In this document: positions 55,204 to 63,508 of the stretch, piece after piece
Layout: each line of letters starts with the position of its first letter
Position numbering within the stretch: the first letter of the stretch is position 1
Assembly: GCA_041661005.1 (NCBI GenBank)
Contig: JBAZVG010000001.1
Location: forward strand, 543,515 to 607,514
Length of the DNA stretch: 64,000 nucleotides
Direction of reading: 5' to 3'
From: Minisyncoccota bacterium
GTDB taxonomy: Bacteria > Patescibacteriota > Minisyncoccia > Phycocordibacterales > UBA9973
The notes under the pieces: model-generated
Database searches by the model: none
What the model was told of the DNA's origin: nothing
The model's input: only the letters and a program-made list of their open reading frames with translations
Translations under genes and position numbers: made by a program

Positions 55204-55701
55204 ATGGAAAAATTACCAAAAAAACCTCACTCCATCATTCGATCCTGCGACTTTCTCGTAGATTACGAGCCGGATGCTATAGCACAAGCAATAAGGTCGG
55301 TTCGTTTTCACGAAAAGGATCTCAAGCTCGATCTGGAAGAAATTCCGGTTTTGAGTCACGTCAGAGCTTGGCGGCGTGTCTTTGGGGTCTGCCTATATAA
55401 CCAAACATACGGTTACGAAGTCCCAGAGGCACTAAGCAAAGTGCCTTGCGCGAACAGACCTCTGGTGTTAGCGGATCCGCTGACATCGATACTCTTCATC
55501 GCACTAAATGCTAAAATGATGCGCAGGCATTATTTTGTCAGCATTTTTACCGATACCCACGGACAACAATGGGTCATCAATATGGAAGCCCTCGTTAGGG
55601 AGCCCATTATCCAAATCCACCCGACCTGCCCTGAGGCAATTTACCGGGATGCCGCTATCCACTTGGCCACCCCTAGCAGGCCTCTTGCTTGGGCATCCTA
55701 G
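55204..55701 (+). CDS. Hypothetical protein, GC-richer orphan (candidate horizontally acquired singleton)
   Basis: 165 aa, ~50% GC. Has its own strong promoter (TTGACA-17-TAATCT at ~55120-55150) and a terminator at 55722-55752. Confidence 0.5.
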   Translation: MEKLPKKPHSIIRSCDFLVDYEPDAIAQAIRSVRFHEKDLKLDLEEIPVLSHVRAWRRVFGVCLYNQTYGYEVPEALSKVPCANRPLVLADPLTSILFIALNAKMMRRHYFVSIFTDTHGQQWVINMEALVREPIIQIHPTCPEAIYRDAAIHLATPSRPLAWAS

Positions 55702-55721
55702 GCCTATCTCATCATCACCCC

Positions 55722-55752
55722 CCCGCAGGGTCTAACTCTGCGGGTCTTTTTT
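55722..55752 (+). terminator. Intrinsic terminator
   Basis: CCCGCAGGGTCTAACTCTGCGGG followed by TCTTTTTTTATC. Confidence 0.7.
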
Positions 55753-55754
55753 TA

Positions 55755-56195
55755 TCAAATTTTTTGATTCTTTCTATCCAAATATCTTTGTAAGATTATT
55801 GCAGCTGCCTGCGCGTCAATCCGTCCGCTTTTTATTTGCTTTACTTTACTGTGCGCTTGGGACGGATTTAATCCCGCCTTGCTATCTTTCCCTCGCCTAG
55901 CTTCGACTGAAGTCAAAAATTCTTTTTGTTTATGAATGGGCAGTTTAAATTTCTCCTCAAGTTCTAAAATAAAGACTTCTATCCTCCCCGACAGCGCATT
56001 TAATTTTCCAGAAAAATCTACCGACTCCCCTATTATTATTTCTCCAATATTTTCTTGTTCTATGATCTCGCAGAATTTTTTCATGACATTCGAATAATTC
56101 AATATTATTTCTTTCGGAAAAGCAAAAACTCCATTTTCGTCCGAAATAGCCACCCCTATCCTTTTTGTTCCATAATCAATGCCCAGAAATTTCAT
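55755..56195 (-). CDS. ruvX: Holliday-junction resolvase-like protein RuvX/YqgF
   Basis: 146 aa with MKFLGIDYGTKRIGVAISD..., RNase H-like fold. Confidence 0.85.
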   Translation of the reverse strand: MKFLGIDYGTKRIGVAISDENGVFAFPKEIILNYSNVMKKFCEIIEQENIGEIIIGESVDFSGKLNALSGRIEVFILELEEKFKLPIHKQKEFLTSVEARRGKDSKAGLNPSQAHSKVKQIKSGRIDAQAAAIILQRYLDRKNQKI

Positions 56196-56280
56196 CCTAT
56201 TAAAAAATTAAAATAATAATGCTTACTCTTTCCACATGTCCGCTGATTTTTTAACGGGACAAGTATTTTAGATACTAGCA

Positions 56281-56355
56281 CCCCGTAGTGAATTTTGGAA
56301 ATGCGCGGAGCGTGCTCCGACGCAAGTCGGAACTTTTCCAAAATCTACTACTGGG
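56281..56355. repeat. Structured intergenic repeat, family B copy 2
   Basis: CCCCGTAGTGAATTTTGGAAA-[TGCGCGGAGCGTGCTCCGACGCAAGTCGGAAC]-TTTTCCAAAATCTACTACTGGG. Confidence 0.7.
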
Positions 56356-56390
56356 TAGCATAAAACCTATTTTTCTGATATGATTTTATT

Positions 56391-56630
56391 ATGGAACAAT
56401 TGCCAACTTCTTTCAATATACTCATAGTAGTAATCACCCTTTGGACTATTCCTTGGAAAATTTATGCCGTGTGGACGGCGGTAAAGCACAACCACAAGAA
56501 ATGGTTTGTGGTGTTGCTCATATTAAACACAGTGAGTATTTTAGAGATTTTTTACATCTTCAAAATTGTCAAGAAAAGTTGGGCTGAAGTAAAAAGAGAT
56601 TTCAGAAAAGCATTTTCGTCTTTTAAATAA
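56391..56630 (+). CDS. Small hypothetical membrane protein
   Basis: 79 aa, two TM helices. Confidence 0.45.
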   Translation: MEQLPTSFNILIVVITLWTIPWKIYAVWTAVKHNHKKWFVVLLILNTVSILEIFYIFKIVKKSWAEVKRDFRKAFSSFK

Positions 56631-56682
56631 ATCAGCTTGAGAAAAAACTCAAAATAGATATACTGAATTAGTTATTCAGTAA

Positions 56683-56758
56683 GGGATGGGTGCCTGAGTG
56701 GTCTAAAGGAACAGTCTTGCCACCGCCTTTGGCGGGGTCCCGCAGTAAGCGGGAAAAA
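56683..56758 (+). other. tRNA-like 5' fragment fused to a conserved hairpin element (pseudo-tRNA / element 1)
   Basis: GGGATGG-GU-GCCUGAGUGGUCUAAAGG-A-ACAGU-CUUG looks like acceptor, D arm and the anticodon stem up to the loop of a class II tRNA. It then diverges into CCGCC-TTT-GGCGG and GTCCCGCAGTAAGCGGGAAAAAC. The latter motif recurs at 57200-57225. Confidence 0.35.
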
Positions 56759-56759
56759 C

Positions 56760-57014
56760 ATGTATATGTTTAAGGTTTATATTTTAAAAAGCTTAAATTA
56801 TAACCGTTACTACATCGGTCATAGTGCAGATGTTGAAAAAAGATTAAGGGAACATAATATTGGAAAGGTTCATTCGACTAAAGCATACAAATCTTGGAAA
56901 ATAGTGTATATTGAGAATAAACCAAGTAAGAAAGAAGCGTACGCTAGGGAAATGCAAATAAAATCTTTCAAACATGGCGAAGCTTTTAAAAAATTAATTG
57001 AAAATAAAATTTAA
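56760..57014 (+). mobile_element. GIY-YIG nuclease family protein (small URI-domain homing-endonuclease-like)
   Basis: 84 aa with MYMFKVYILKSLNYNRYYIGHSADVEKRLREHN...WKIVYIE...EAYAREMQIKS, the GIY-x10-YIG core plus R and E catalytic residues. Confidence 0.75.
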
Positions 57015-57033
57015 AATTATTTGGTGTTCTAGC

Positions 57034-57122
57034 GGAGGCGTCGCATAGTTGGTCTAGTGCGCTTGTCTTGAAAACAAGTACGCCGCAAGGCGTCGTGAGT
57101 TCGAATCTCACCGCCTCCGCCA
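57034..57122 (+). tRNA. tRNA-Ser(TGA)
   Basis: GGAGGCG-UC-GCAU-AGUUGGUCUA-GUGC-G-CUUGU-CUUGAAA-ACAAG-[UACGCCGCAAGGCGUC]-GUGAG-UUCGAAU-CUCAC-CGCCUCC-G-CCA. Long variable arm, anticodon UGA, encoded CCA. Confidence 0.9.
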
Positions 57123-57300
57123 GAATACCAAGTCTTGTCATCGCCTTCCACGACCCGCCGAAGGCGGAGTCTCGCCTACGGCGGGACGAGTCGGCGAGAT
57201 CCCGCAGTAAAGCGGGAAAAACTATCGGGAGAAATCCCTTAGAGGTTCTCATTCCCTAGGCAGATCCGCCTTGGGCGGAGACTCCTCTGTCATCCGCAAA
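57123..57300 (+). other. Hairpin-rich element 2 following tRNA-Ser (paralogous to element 1)
   Basis: Begins AAGTCTTGTCATCGCC (compare element 1 CAGTCTTGCCACCGCC). Contains CCGCC-GAA-GGCGG, CCGCC-TTG-GGCGG and GATCCCGCAGTAAAGCGGGAAAAAC. Bounded by TGTCATC(G/C) at both ends. Confidence 0.35.
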
Positions 57301-57341
57301 TTTTCAAACTGCCAAAATAAAATATAAGCTATAATAGTATT

Positions 57342-57926
57342 ATGCAGAAAAAATTCGAAAAACTCCTAGATTTTGTAAGATTCATGCACGAGTTTAGAGA
57401 GATCGTTAGATATGAGGGTTCAAAACTCGGCAAAAAAGTTGAAACTGATTCGGAACATAGTTATCAAGTTGCAATGGTTGCTTGGTTTTTGATTGATGAG
57501 AATAATTTAAAATTGAACAAGGAACTTTGCTTAATGTATTCACTAACTCATGATTTAGTGGAAGTTTACGCCGGAGACACGTTTGTCTTTGACAAAAAAA
57601 GGTTATCCTCACAACATGAAAGAGAGAAAGGGGCATTAATAAAAATCAAAAAAAGATTTCCCTATTTTAATAATCTGATCAAAATAATAGAAAATTATGA
57701 AAAAAAAGAAGATGGAGAAAGTAAATTCATCTATGCGGTAGATAAAATAATCTCACCACTTCAAATATACATAGAAGGAGGAAAATTATGGCATGAAAAG
57801 AAGGTTTCTTTTTTAGATGCGTTCGAAAACAAGGATAAAAAGATTGCTGTATCTTCGGATGTATATAAATATTGGCAAGAACTTCTGAAAGAATTCAAAA
57901 AAAACAAAAAGATGTTTTACAATTAG
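57342..57926 (+). CDS. HD-domain phosphohydrolase (YfbR-like 5'-deoxynucleotidase family)
   Basis: 194 aa with ...SEHSYQVAMVAW...LTHDLVEVYAGD..., the HD motif arrangement of the YfbR family. Confidence 0.7.
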   Translation: MQKKFEKLLDFVRFMHEFREIVRYEGSKLGKKVETDSEHSYQVAMVAWFLIDENNLKLNKELCLMYSLTHDLVEVYAGDTFVFDKKRLSSQHEREKGALIKIKKRFPYFNNLIKIIENYEKKEDGESKFIYAVDKIISPLQIYIEGGKLWHEKKVSFLDAFENKDKKIAVSSDVYKYWQELLKEFKKNKKMFYN

Positions 57927-58283
57927 TTTAACGTCTGATTAAGCCTTATTCCTCAACAACCAGTTCCAACAGCGTACCCCTCGGTCGTAGCCCTACGGGT
58001 GAGACAAACTGCCTTCGCCTGCCAAAAGGTTTGTAAAGACCACATATATTGTTACACTGTAAAAAAAATAGACAAAAGATATCTAATCTGTTATACTAGC
58101 GGAGTTGAATTTTAGAAATTTATTTTAATTCGGTTTAGGGGAATATTCCATATATTATGAAGTGTTTAAAGCAAAATTTTCCACGCCACGGCGAGGTAAA
58201 TAAAATCTTTTTTAACGTACGCTTTGGGCTAGGGACAAATCCATAAATATAGGGACATGTTCTTGTAAGCTGACATAAAGCTT

Positions 58284-59816
58284 ATGAGCATAACACTGAT
58301 AACAATTTTTATAAGCGCAGGAGCGCTCCTTTTGGGTGTCGGCATCGGATACTATCTCCGCTTGATTATTGCATTGGGGAAAAGACGGTCAATTGAAATC
58401 GATATCAAGCAGATGATGGTGAGCGCAAAAGAGGAAGCACAAAAAATAACAGATGAGGCAAAAAAGACATCAGAGTCCAAACTTGCAGAGTTGAAAGAAG
58501 AAGAAAAAAAGAAAGAGCAGGAGTTTCGAGAGAGGGATATGAGGCTCATTAAAAAAGATGAGTTTCTTGATGCTCGACAGATCGAAATAGACAAAGAGGT
58601 TGAAAATATCAAAACGAGAGTAGAAGAAGTAAAAAAGATTCAAGAAAAAGTAGTAAAGGTAGAGGAAGAAAAAAGGACAGAATTGGAAAGAGTGTCAAAA
58701 TTAACACAAGAAGAAGCGAAGGAAGAACTCTTGCGAGATATCGAAAAGAAATATGAGGAAGACATCTTGACCAGAATTCAAAAACTTGAAAATAGCAACC
58801 AAGAAAAACTGGATCGTAGAGCAAAAGACATATTGGCCACAAGCATCCAACGCTTGGCTTCAAGCACAGCCTCGGAACTCATGACAACTGTGGTTTCTAT
58901 TCCCAACAACGAAATCAAAGGAAAGATAATCGGAAAAGAAGGCAGAAACATCAGAGCCTTTGAAAGGGCATCTGGGGTGGAACTCATTGTGGATGATACT
59001 CCCGGCTCCATTGTCATATCTTCATTCGATCCAATCAGAAGGCAGGTGGCAAGGCTTGCGCTAGAAAATTTGATTTTAGACGGACGTATTCAACCGGCAA
59101 AGATAGAGGAGTTAGTGGAAAAAGCAAAAGAGGAGATAAATAAAATCATTAAAGAAAAAGGTGAACAAGCGGTTTATGAATGTGGAATATTAAATTTCGA
59201 TCCACGCATCATTGCAATCATTGGACGATTGTATTTCCGTACAAGTTATGGACAAAATGTTCTTCAACATTCCATCGAGATGGCGCACATCGCCGGAATG
59301 CTCGCTGAAGAACTCGGCGCAGATGTGGCTATTGCCAAAGCCGGCGCGCTTGTTCACGACATCGGTAAGGCTCTCGATCATGAAGTACAAGGCACGCACA
59401 TCGAGATAGGTATTAGAATCCTGCAGAAATTCGGCGCTGATGAACGCATTATCACTGCAATGAAAAGTCACCATGAAGACTACCCCTATGAGACTATCGA
59501 GTCCATTATCGTTCAAACTGCCGACTCTATCTCCGGCGGACGACCTGGAGCTCGCCGAGATTCAGTAGAAAATTACCTAAAGAGACTCCAAGAATTGGAA
59601 GCATTAGTAAACACCTTCCCTGCAGTAGAGAAATCATATGCTTTGCAAGCTGGCCGTGAAATCCGCATCTTTGTTACCCCAGAAAAGATCTCTGATGCCG
59701 AAGCTAAGATCATGGCTCGCGATATAGCGTTAAAAATAGAGCAAGAACTAAAATACCCAGGTGAAATCAAGGTCACAATGATCCGTGAACTCAGGGTTAT
59801 AGAATACGCGAGGTAG
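58284..59816 (+). CDS. rny: Ribonuclease Y
   Basis: 510 aa with an N-terminal TM, coiled-coil, KH domain (IGKEGRNIRAFE), and HD domain (HSIEMAHIAG...VHDIGKA). Confidence 0.9.
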   Translation: MSITLITIFISAGALLLGVGIGYYLRLIIALGKRRSIEIDIKQMMVSAKEEAQKITDEAKKTSESKLAELKEEEKKKEQEFRERDMRLIKKDEFLDARQIEIDKEVENIKTRVEEVKKIQEKVVKVEEEKRTELERVSKLTQEEAKEELLRDIEKKYEEDILTRIQKLENSNQEKLDRRAKDILATSIQRLASSTASELMTTVVSIPNNEIKGKIIGKEGRNIRAFERASGVELIVDDTPGSIVISSFDPIRRQVARLALENLILDGRIQPAKIEELVEKAKEEINKIIKEKGEQAVYECGILNFDPRIIAIIGRLYFRTSYGQNVLQHSIEMAHIAGMLAEELGADVAIAKAGALVHDIGKALDHEVQGTHIEIGIRILQKFGADERIITAMKSHHEDYPYETIESIIVQTADSISGGRPGARRDSVENYLKRLQELEALVNTFPAVEKSYALQAGREIRIFVTPEKISDAEAKIMARDIALKIEQELKYPGEIKVTMIRELRVIEYAR

Positions 59817-59881
59817 AAAATATTGGAAATATAATTTTTGTCAAATTGCACAGCCTCTTGCCTTAAAAAACCCTTGATATA

Positions 59882-59953
59882 TCCCGGTAGTGAATTTTGG
59901 CAAAGCATTAAATGCGCTCGCTTTGCGAGCATTGCCAAAATCTACTAACCGGG
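59882..59953. repeat. Structured intergenic repeat, family B copy 3
   Basis: TCCCGGTAGTGAATTTTGGCAAAGCATTAAATGCGCTCGCTTTGCGAGCATTGCCAAAATCTACTAACCGGG. Confidence 0.7.
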
Positions 59954-60048
59954 TATAATGTATGGGTATTAAAAATAAGGGTAAAAGTCCCGCCTGCGCA
60001 CAAAGCTTCGGCGTGGCAAGGTCGAAAGAATTATTAATAGTTAGTTAA

Positions 60049-60090
60049 CTAGGTTCTAGCTTCTAGATTTTACTAGCAACTAGTCACTAG
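60049..60090. promoter_or_regulatory. Array of six CTAG tetranucleotides in 42 bp upstream of hup
   Basis: aaCTAGgttCTAGcttCTAGattttaCTAGcaaCTAGtcaCTAGcat, located 20-60 nt upstream of the hup ATG. Confidence 0.4.
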
Positions 60091-60109
60091 CATCTAAAAC
60101 CTAATCTAT

Positions 60110-60382
60110 ATGAATAAACAAGCATTAGCAGAATTTGTACACGGAAAGCTGGGTGGCACAAAAGTGCAAGCAGAAGAGATCGTAGACGGATTGTTTGGAG
60201 TTATCATCGACACTTTAAAGAAGGGCGGTGAGGTTTCAATCGCCGGCTTTGGTATCTTTTCCGTAAAACAAAGAGCTGCTCGAATGGCTCGCAATCCAAA
60301 GACTGGAGAGCAAGTCAAAGTGGAGGCAAAGAAAGTGCCAAAATTCCGAGCTGCAAAAGGTTTGAAGGACACAATTGCATAA
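60110..60382 (+). CDS. hup: DNA-binding protein HU
   Basis: 90 aa with MNKQALAEFVH...GGEVSIAGFGIFSVKQRAARMARNPKTGEQVKV..., canonical HU. Confidence 0.9.
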   Translation: MNKQALAEFVHGKLGGTKVQAEEIVDGLFGVIIDTLKKGGEVSIAGFGIFSVKQRAARMARNPKTGEQVKVEAKKVPKFRAAKGLKDTIA

Positions 60383-60404
60383 ATTCTTTTCGCGCGAAAA
60401 GAAT

Positions 60405-60440
60405 GAACATAAAAAACACCCGATGAGGGTGTTTTTTATG
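60405..60440. terminator. Bidirectional terminator between convergent hup and lexA
   Basis: AAAAAACACCCGATGAGGGTGTTTTTTATG. Confidence 0.7.
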
Positions 60441-60454
60441 TATTTGAGTAATTT

Positions 60455-61033
60455 CTAGTATTTCCTTATCACCGCCTTTAAAACTGCATTGATATTCAAA
60501 CTACGTTCTGGATATATCGGCTTATAATTTTTATTGGCTGGCTCGAGCCAAACTTTGTCTCCAACTTTTCTGAAATATTTTAGAGTGAATTCCCCATCTA
60601 TTTCGGCAATAACTATCTGCCCATCGCGGGCTACGTTCGCCCTTTCTACCAACACCATGTCTCCCTTTTCTATATGCGCATCTATCATTGAGTCGCCATC
60701 TACCTCAAGCATATAAGTTAGCGGTTTATTTTTTATCAAAAGATCATCCAGGTTCACAGTATCAGCTAATTCTTCCTCAACAGTAGCCGGAAAACCAGCA
60801 GTAACAAAACCAAGCATTGGGACACTGACAGTATTTTCTGCAAAAGTTTTGGTAGGTATTAGCCTACCTAAGTGATCTTTCGCCACAAGTCCTGCTTCTA
60901 GCAACTTCTCTACCACCTTGAACACTGCATTCTTTGACTTAAAACTGAAAAGTTTCATCATCTCTGAATACGTGGGCATTCTTTTATTTTCTGAATAAAA
61001 AGACTCAATCTTTGTCTGGTGTTCGTTACGCAT
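60455..61033 (-). CDS. lexA: LexA repressor
   Basis: 192 aa with an N-terminal wHTH and a C-terminal S24 peptidase domain (GDSM catalytic Ser, downstream Lys, cleavage-site region VTAGFPA). Confidence 0.85.
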   Translation of the reverse strand: MRNEHQTKIESFYSENKRMPTYSEMMKLFSFKSKNAVFKVVEKLLEAGLVAKDHLGRLIPTKTFAENTVSVPMLGFVTAGFPATVEEELADTVNLDDLLIKNKPLTYMLEVDGDSMIDAHIEKGDMVLVERANVARDGQIVIAEIDGEFTLKYFRKVGDKVWLEPANKNYKPIYPERSLNINAVLKAVIRKY

Positions 61034-61232
61034 GAATAGGAGTTCTAAAGAATAAATTTATAAATCTATTCATCCAACCCCTACGAGTGTGATAGCGAAC
61101 CTTTTGTAATAGCAACTTATGATCTCTCGCCTCCTTTAGATACGTCTCTCCTTGAAGTATCTTCAAATCAATCTTCTTATTAATCCTATTTATTTCTCGC
61201 TCTAACATTTTTAAATATTGTGTTTGTGACAT
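61026..61232 (-). CDS. Small hypothetical protein co-transcribed with lexA
   Basis: 68 aa. Overlaps the lexA start by 8 nt. The LexA box lies ~65 nt upstream. Confidence 0.4.
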   Translation of the reverse strand: MSQTQYLKMLEREINRINKKIDLKILQGETYLKEARDHKLLLQKVRYHTRRGWMNRFINLFFRTPIHA

Positions 61233-61297
61233 ACTTGTCTCGCCGAAGCTTATTAAGCGAAGGCGGATGTTTATATTTCTAATACTCGACTATATGT

Positions 61298-61311
61298 TTA
61301 GTATAAGTGAA
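61298..61311. promoter_or_regulatory. Cheo-type LexA operator (GAAC-N4-GTTC)
   Basis: TGAACGCTCGTTCA, a perfect palindrome upstream of the small-ORF/lexA unit. This points to autoregulation. Confidence 0.6.
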
Positions 61312-61504
61312 CGCTCGTTCACTGTCAACAAACGACCTGTGGATAACTAAGGAAAACTAAAATCTAGCGAACTTGAAGCCCGCTAGAATTACTCGTCTTT
61401 CCGAGTTGCCAAGATGTTTCACCTTCCCTTCTTCCCTCTTTTACGATAGGGGAATCGACGATGTCCGCGCACTGCCTTAACGACCACCCCGCCAAAGCGA
61501 ATTT

Positions 61505-61753
61505 TCATAGGCTTAGGCGATGAGTGAATTCGGGTGGGGAAGTTTGTAGCACCACCCCCGACTGTTCAAGTGCATGCCTTTCGGCACACATGGTTGAGCA
61601 AAAGAAAAAATACTGCACTTCCTTTGCTCCGTTTTCCCCAGTGAGTACCCAATTGAATGGGAATTTGCCGTTGCACTGGGAGCAAGTAACCGTCTCCAAA
61701 TCCCAATCTTTGCCAGTGAGCATAGAACAATTCCTTTCAAATATATTATACAT
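61505..61753 (-). CDS. Small Cys-containing hypothetical protein (uncertain)
   Basis: 82 aa with CSQC...C..MC spacing suggestive of a zinc ribbon. The region has overlapping ORFs in other frames, so coding status is uncertain. Confidence 0.25.
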   Translation of the reverse strand: MYNIFERNCSMLTGKDWDLETVTCSQCNGKFPFNWVLTGENGAKEVQYFFFCSTMCAERHALEQSGVVLQTSPPEFTHRLSL

Positions 61754-61857
61754 CTAGTAAAACACCACAATACCCCATGCAGTGCATAACTTACCTTAGA
61801 AATTCCAAGCTAGAGGAAAGCCCAGCCCAAGACACATTTAAAATAAATAAATTTTAT

Positions 61858-62601
61858 TTACTCAAATTCTAACAACAATGGCAAATGGTCAGAAACTTCA
61901 TCTGTAAGAACTTCAAAATTTTTTACCTCAACCTCAGGAGAAACTATTATATAGTCTACAACCTCAGATCTATTTTTAAGAGAACTTCTTGTGGTGATTA
62001 TTCCATATTCCTCAACCAGATTTCTATTACCATCTTTTAAAATTGCTAAACTCTGGGTATCTGGAGACACATTCAAGTCGGCACATAAAATTCGAGCGCC
62101 TTTTGATTCGTCAAAAATTTTCTTTACTTTTTCCGATTGCAAAATACGTTTCTCGGTATCTGCTTTGCCTCTTGCTATCCACATCCCATGAAAATTAAAA
62201 ATTTTGTATGTTTTTCCTGAAAAAGAAAATTCTACAATTTGCAAATTTCTACCCATCGAAAAATAACTATCATCGTTTTCATCTTCTGTGTTATTTAATT
62301 CTGGAAAAAGGATTAAATTCTCAGTCTTCTTCACAACCCAATCTTTTTTAATAAATATCACCAGACCTCCTACGTCAATTTCAACTGGAGCGGCATAATA
62401 TCCATTAAAATCCGGGAGAATATTCTGCAGTTCGGAGAAAAGTTTTGGCTGAACATTCCCCAAAAGCGGTCTCGTTTTTTTTGCATCATGAAAAACTTCT
62501 TGGAAAGAAAAGATATCTGTGCTCAACGAATGATTTTTAATAAACTCCATCATGGGTTCATAAACAACACCACCTTGAAGATTTAAGTTAATTAATTTCA
62601 T
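61858..62601 (-). CDS. Endonuclease/exonuclease/phosphatase (EEP) family protein
   Basis: 247 aa with the C-terminal SDHLPL motif and N-terminal ...FQEV... typical of the EEP superfamily. Confidence 0.7.
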   Translation of the reverse strand: MKLINLNLQGGVVYEPMMEFIKNHSLSTDIFSFQEVFHDAKKTRPLLGNVQPKLFSELQNILPDFNGYYAAPVEIDVGGLVIFIKKDWVVKKTENLILFPELNNTEDENDDSYFSMGRNLQIVEFSFSGKTYKIFNFHGMWIARGKADTEKRILQSEKVKKIFDESKGARILCADLNVSPDTQSLAILKDGNRNLVEEYGIITTRSSLKNRSEVVDYIIVSPEVEVKNFEVLTDEVSDHLPLLLEFE

Positions 62602-62610
62602 TAAAAATGA

Positions 62611-62859
62611 TTAAAGAAACCAATAATTAATAACACCAAAAAGTATAACAGCTGTAAGTATCAGCGTACTTATAAAAGCGCCAATCTGGTCTGCATTTTT
62701 CCATGATTTATAGGAACTATACAACCAAAAAGGTTGCGATACTAAATTACTGATTAACCCCCATTCAGGTAATTTTAAAGCTGTAAGTAAAAATCCCAAC
62801 AAAGTAAAAAAAACAATAGAAACTTGCACGAAGCCATTAAAATTTAAATAGTTTCTCAT
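62611..62859 (-). CDS. Small hypothetical membrane protein
   Basis: 82 aa, three hydrophobic helices. Confidence 0.4.
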   Translation of the reverse strand: MRNYLNFNGFVQVSIVFFTLLGFLLTALKLPEWGLISNLVSQPFWLYSSYKSWKNADQIGAFISTLILTAVILFGVINYWFL

Positions 62860-62868
62860 ATTTCTATA

Positions 62869-63471
62869 TTATAATTTATTTTCCAAAGGCTTGAATAATT
62901 CTTTTAATTCTTGCATCTTATCCGAGTTAAGTTTGGCTTCAAAAAATTTTACAATAACCTCTTTTTCATAAAAATCTTGATGACCATTGGTGGCTATATC
63001 AATAAGCTTATCAAGTGTCACAGGTAATAATTTTATTTTTTCTCCCGCATCAAGGTGGAGATCAGAAACTTTTTTTAAACCTTTCGCAATAAAAGTATAT
63101 ACCACCCAATCAATTTTACTTATTGGATGTTGTGAATCCCATAAAATAAACTCTTCAGCCTCATACCCACTTTCTTCTAAAAGTTCTCTCTTGGCAGCAG
63201 AAAGTATATCTTCTCCTTCATCCACTCTGCCTCCTGTCGCTCCGACGAAAGGAGCTTTTCCGGGCTGTTCTTGTTCTGTCAAAATAATTTTTCCATCAGG
63301 AAGCACAGGGAAAACAACAACTGTGTCTGGCCGTTTTAATTTCTCAAATGTTTCTTTTGTTCCGTCAAACATTTCTTGCTCCCATTGATATACATCAAAA
63401 ATAACCCCCTTAAAAACTTTCTTGGCATTTTCGGGAATGGGTTGTTTTGATTTTGGACGATCTATATTCAT
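62869..63471 (-). CDS. Nudix hydrolase
   Basis: 200 aa with Nudix box GGRVDEGEDILSAAKRELLEESG. Confidence 0.8.
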   Translation of the reverse strand: MNIDRPKSKQPIPENAKKVFKGVIFDVYQWEQEMFDGTKETFEKLKRPDTVVVFPVLPDGKIILTEQEQPGKAPFVGATGGRVDEGEDILSAAKRELLEESGYEAEEFILWDSQHPISKIDWVVYTFIAKGLKKVSDLHLDAGEKIKLLPVTLDKLIDIATNGHQDFYEKEVIVKFFEAKLNSDKMQELKELFKPLENKL

Positions 63472-63508
63472 TTATATATTATAGCAAAATTCCAGATTAC
63501 TGAATAAA

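Noticed and set aside
56683-57300. Group I intron inside a tRNA carrying the GIY-YIG ORF
   Set aside because: The downstream tRNA-Ser is complete on its own, and its acceptor stem does not pair with the upstream tRNA-like 5' fragment. No 3' exon (ACTGT...T-arm...CCATCC) matching the fragment was found within 600 nt. A simple split-tRNA intron model does not fit.
61380-61800. Possible structured ncRNA (RNase P RNA, tmRNA, SRP RNA or 6S) in the GC-richer gap upstream of the lexA unit
   Set aside because: None of the conserved cores could be found on either strand. These are the RNase P CR-I AGGAAAGTCCGGGCUCC, the tmRNA GGGG...UUCGA...CCACCA ends, and the SRP GGAAGCAGCC motif. The region is reported only as a low-confidence small Cys-containing ORF.
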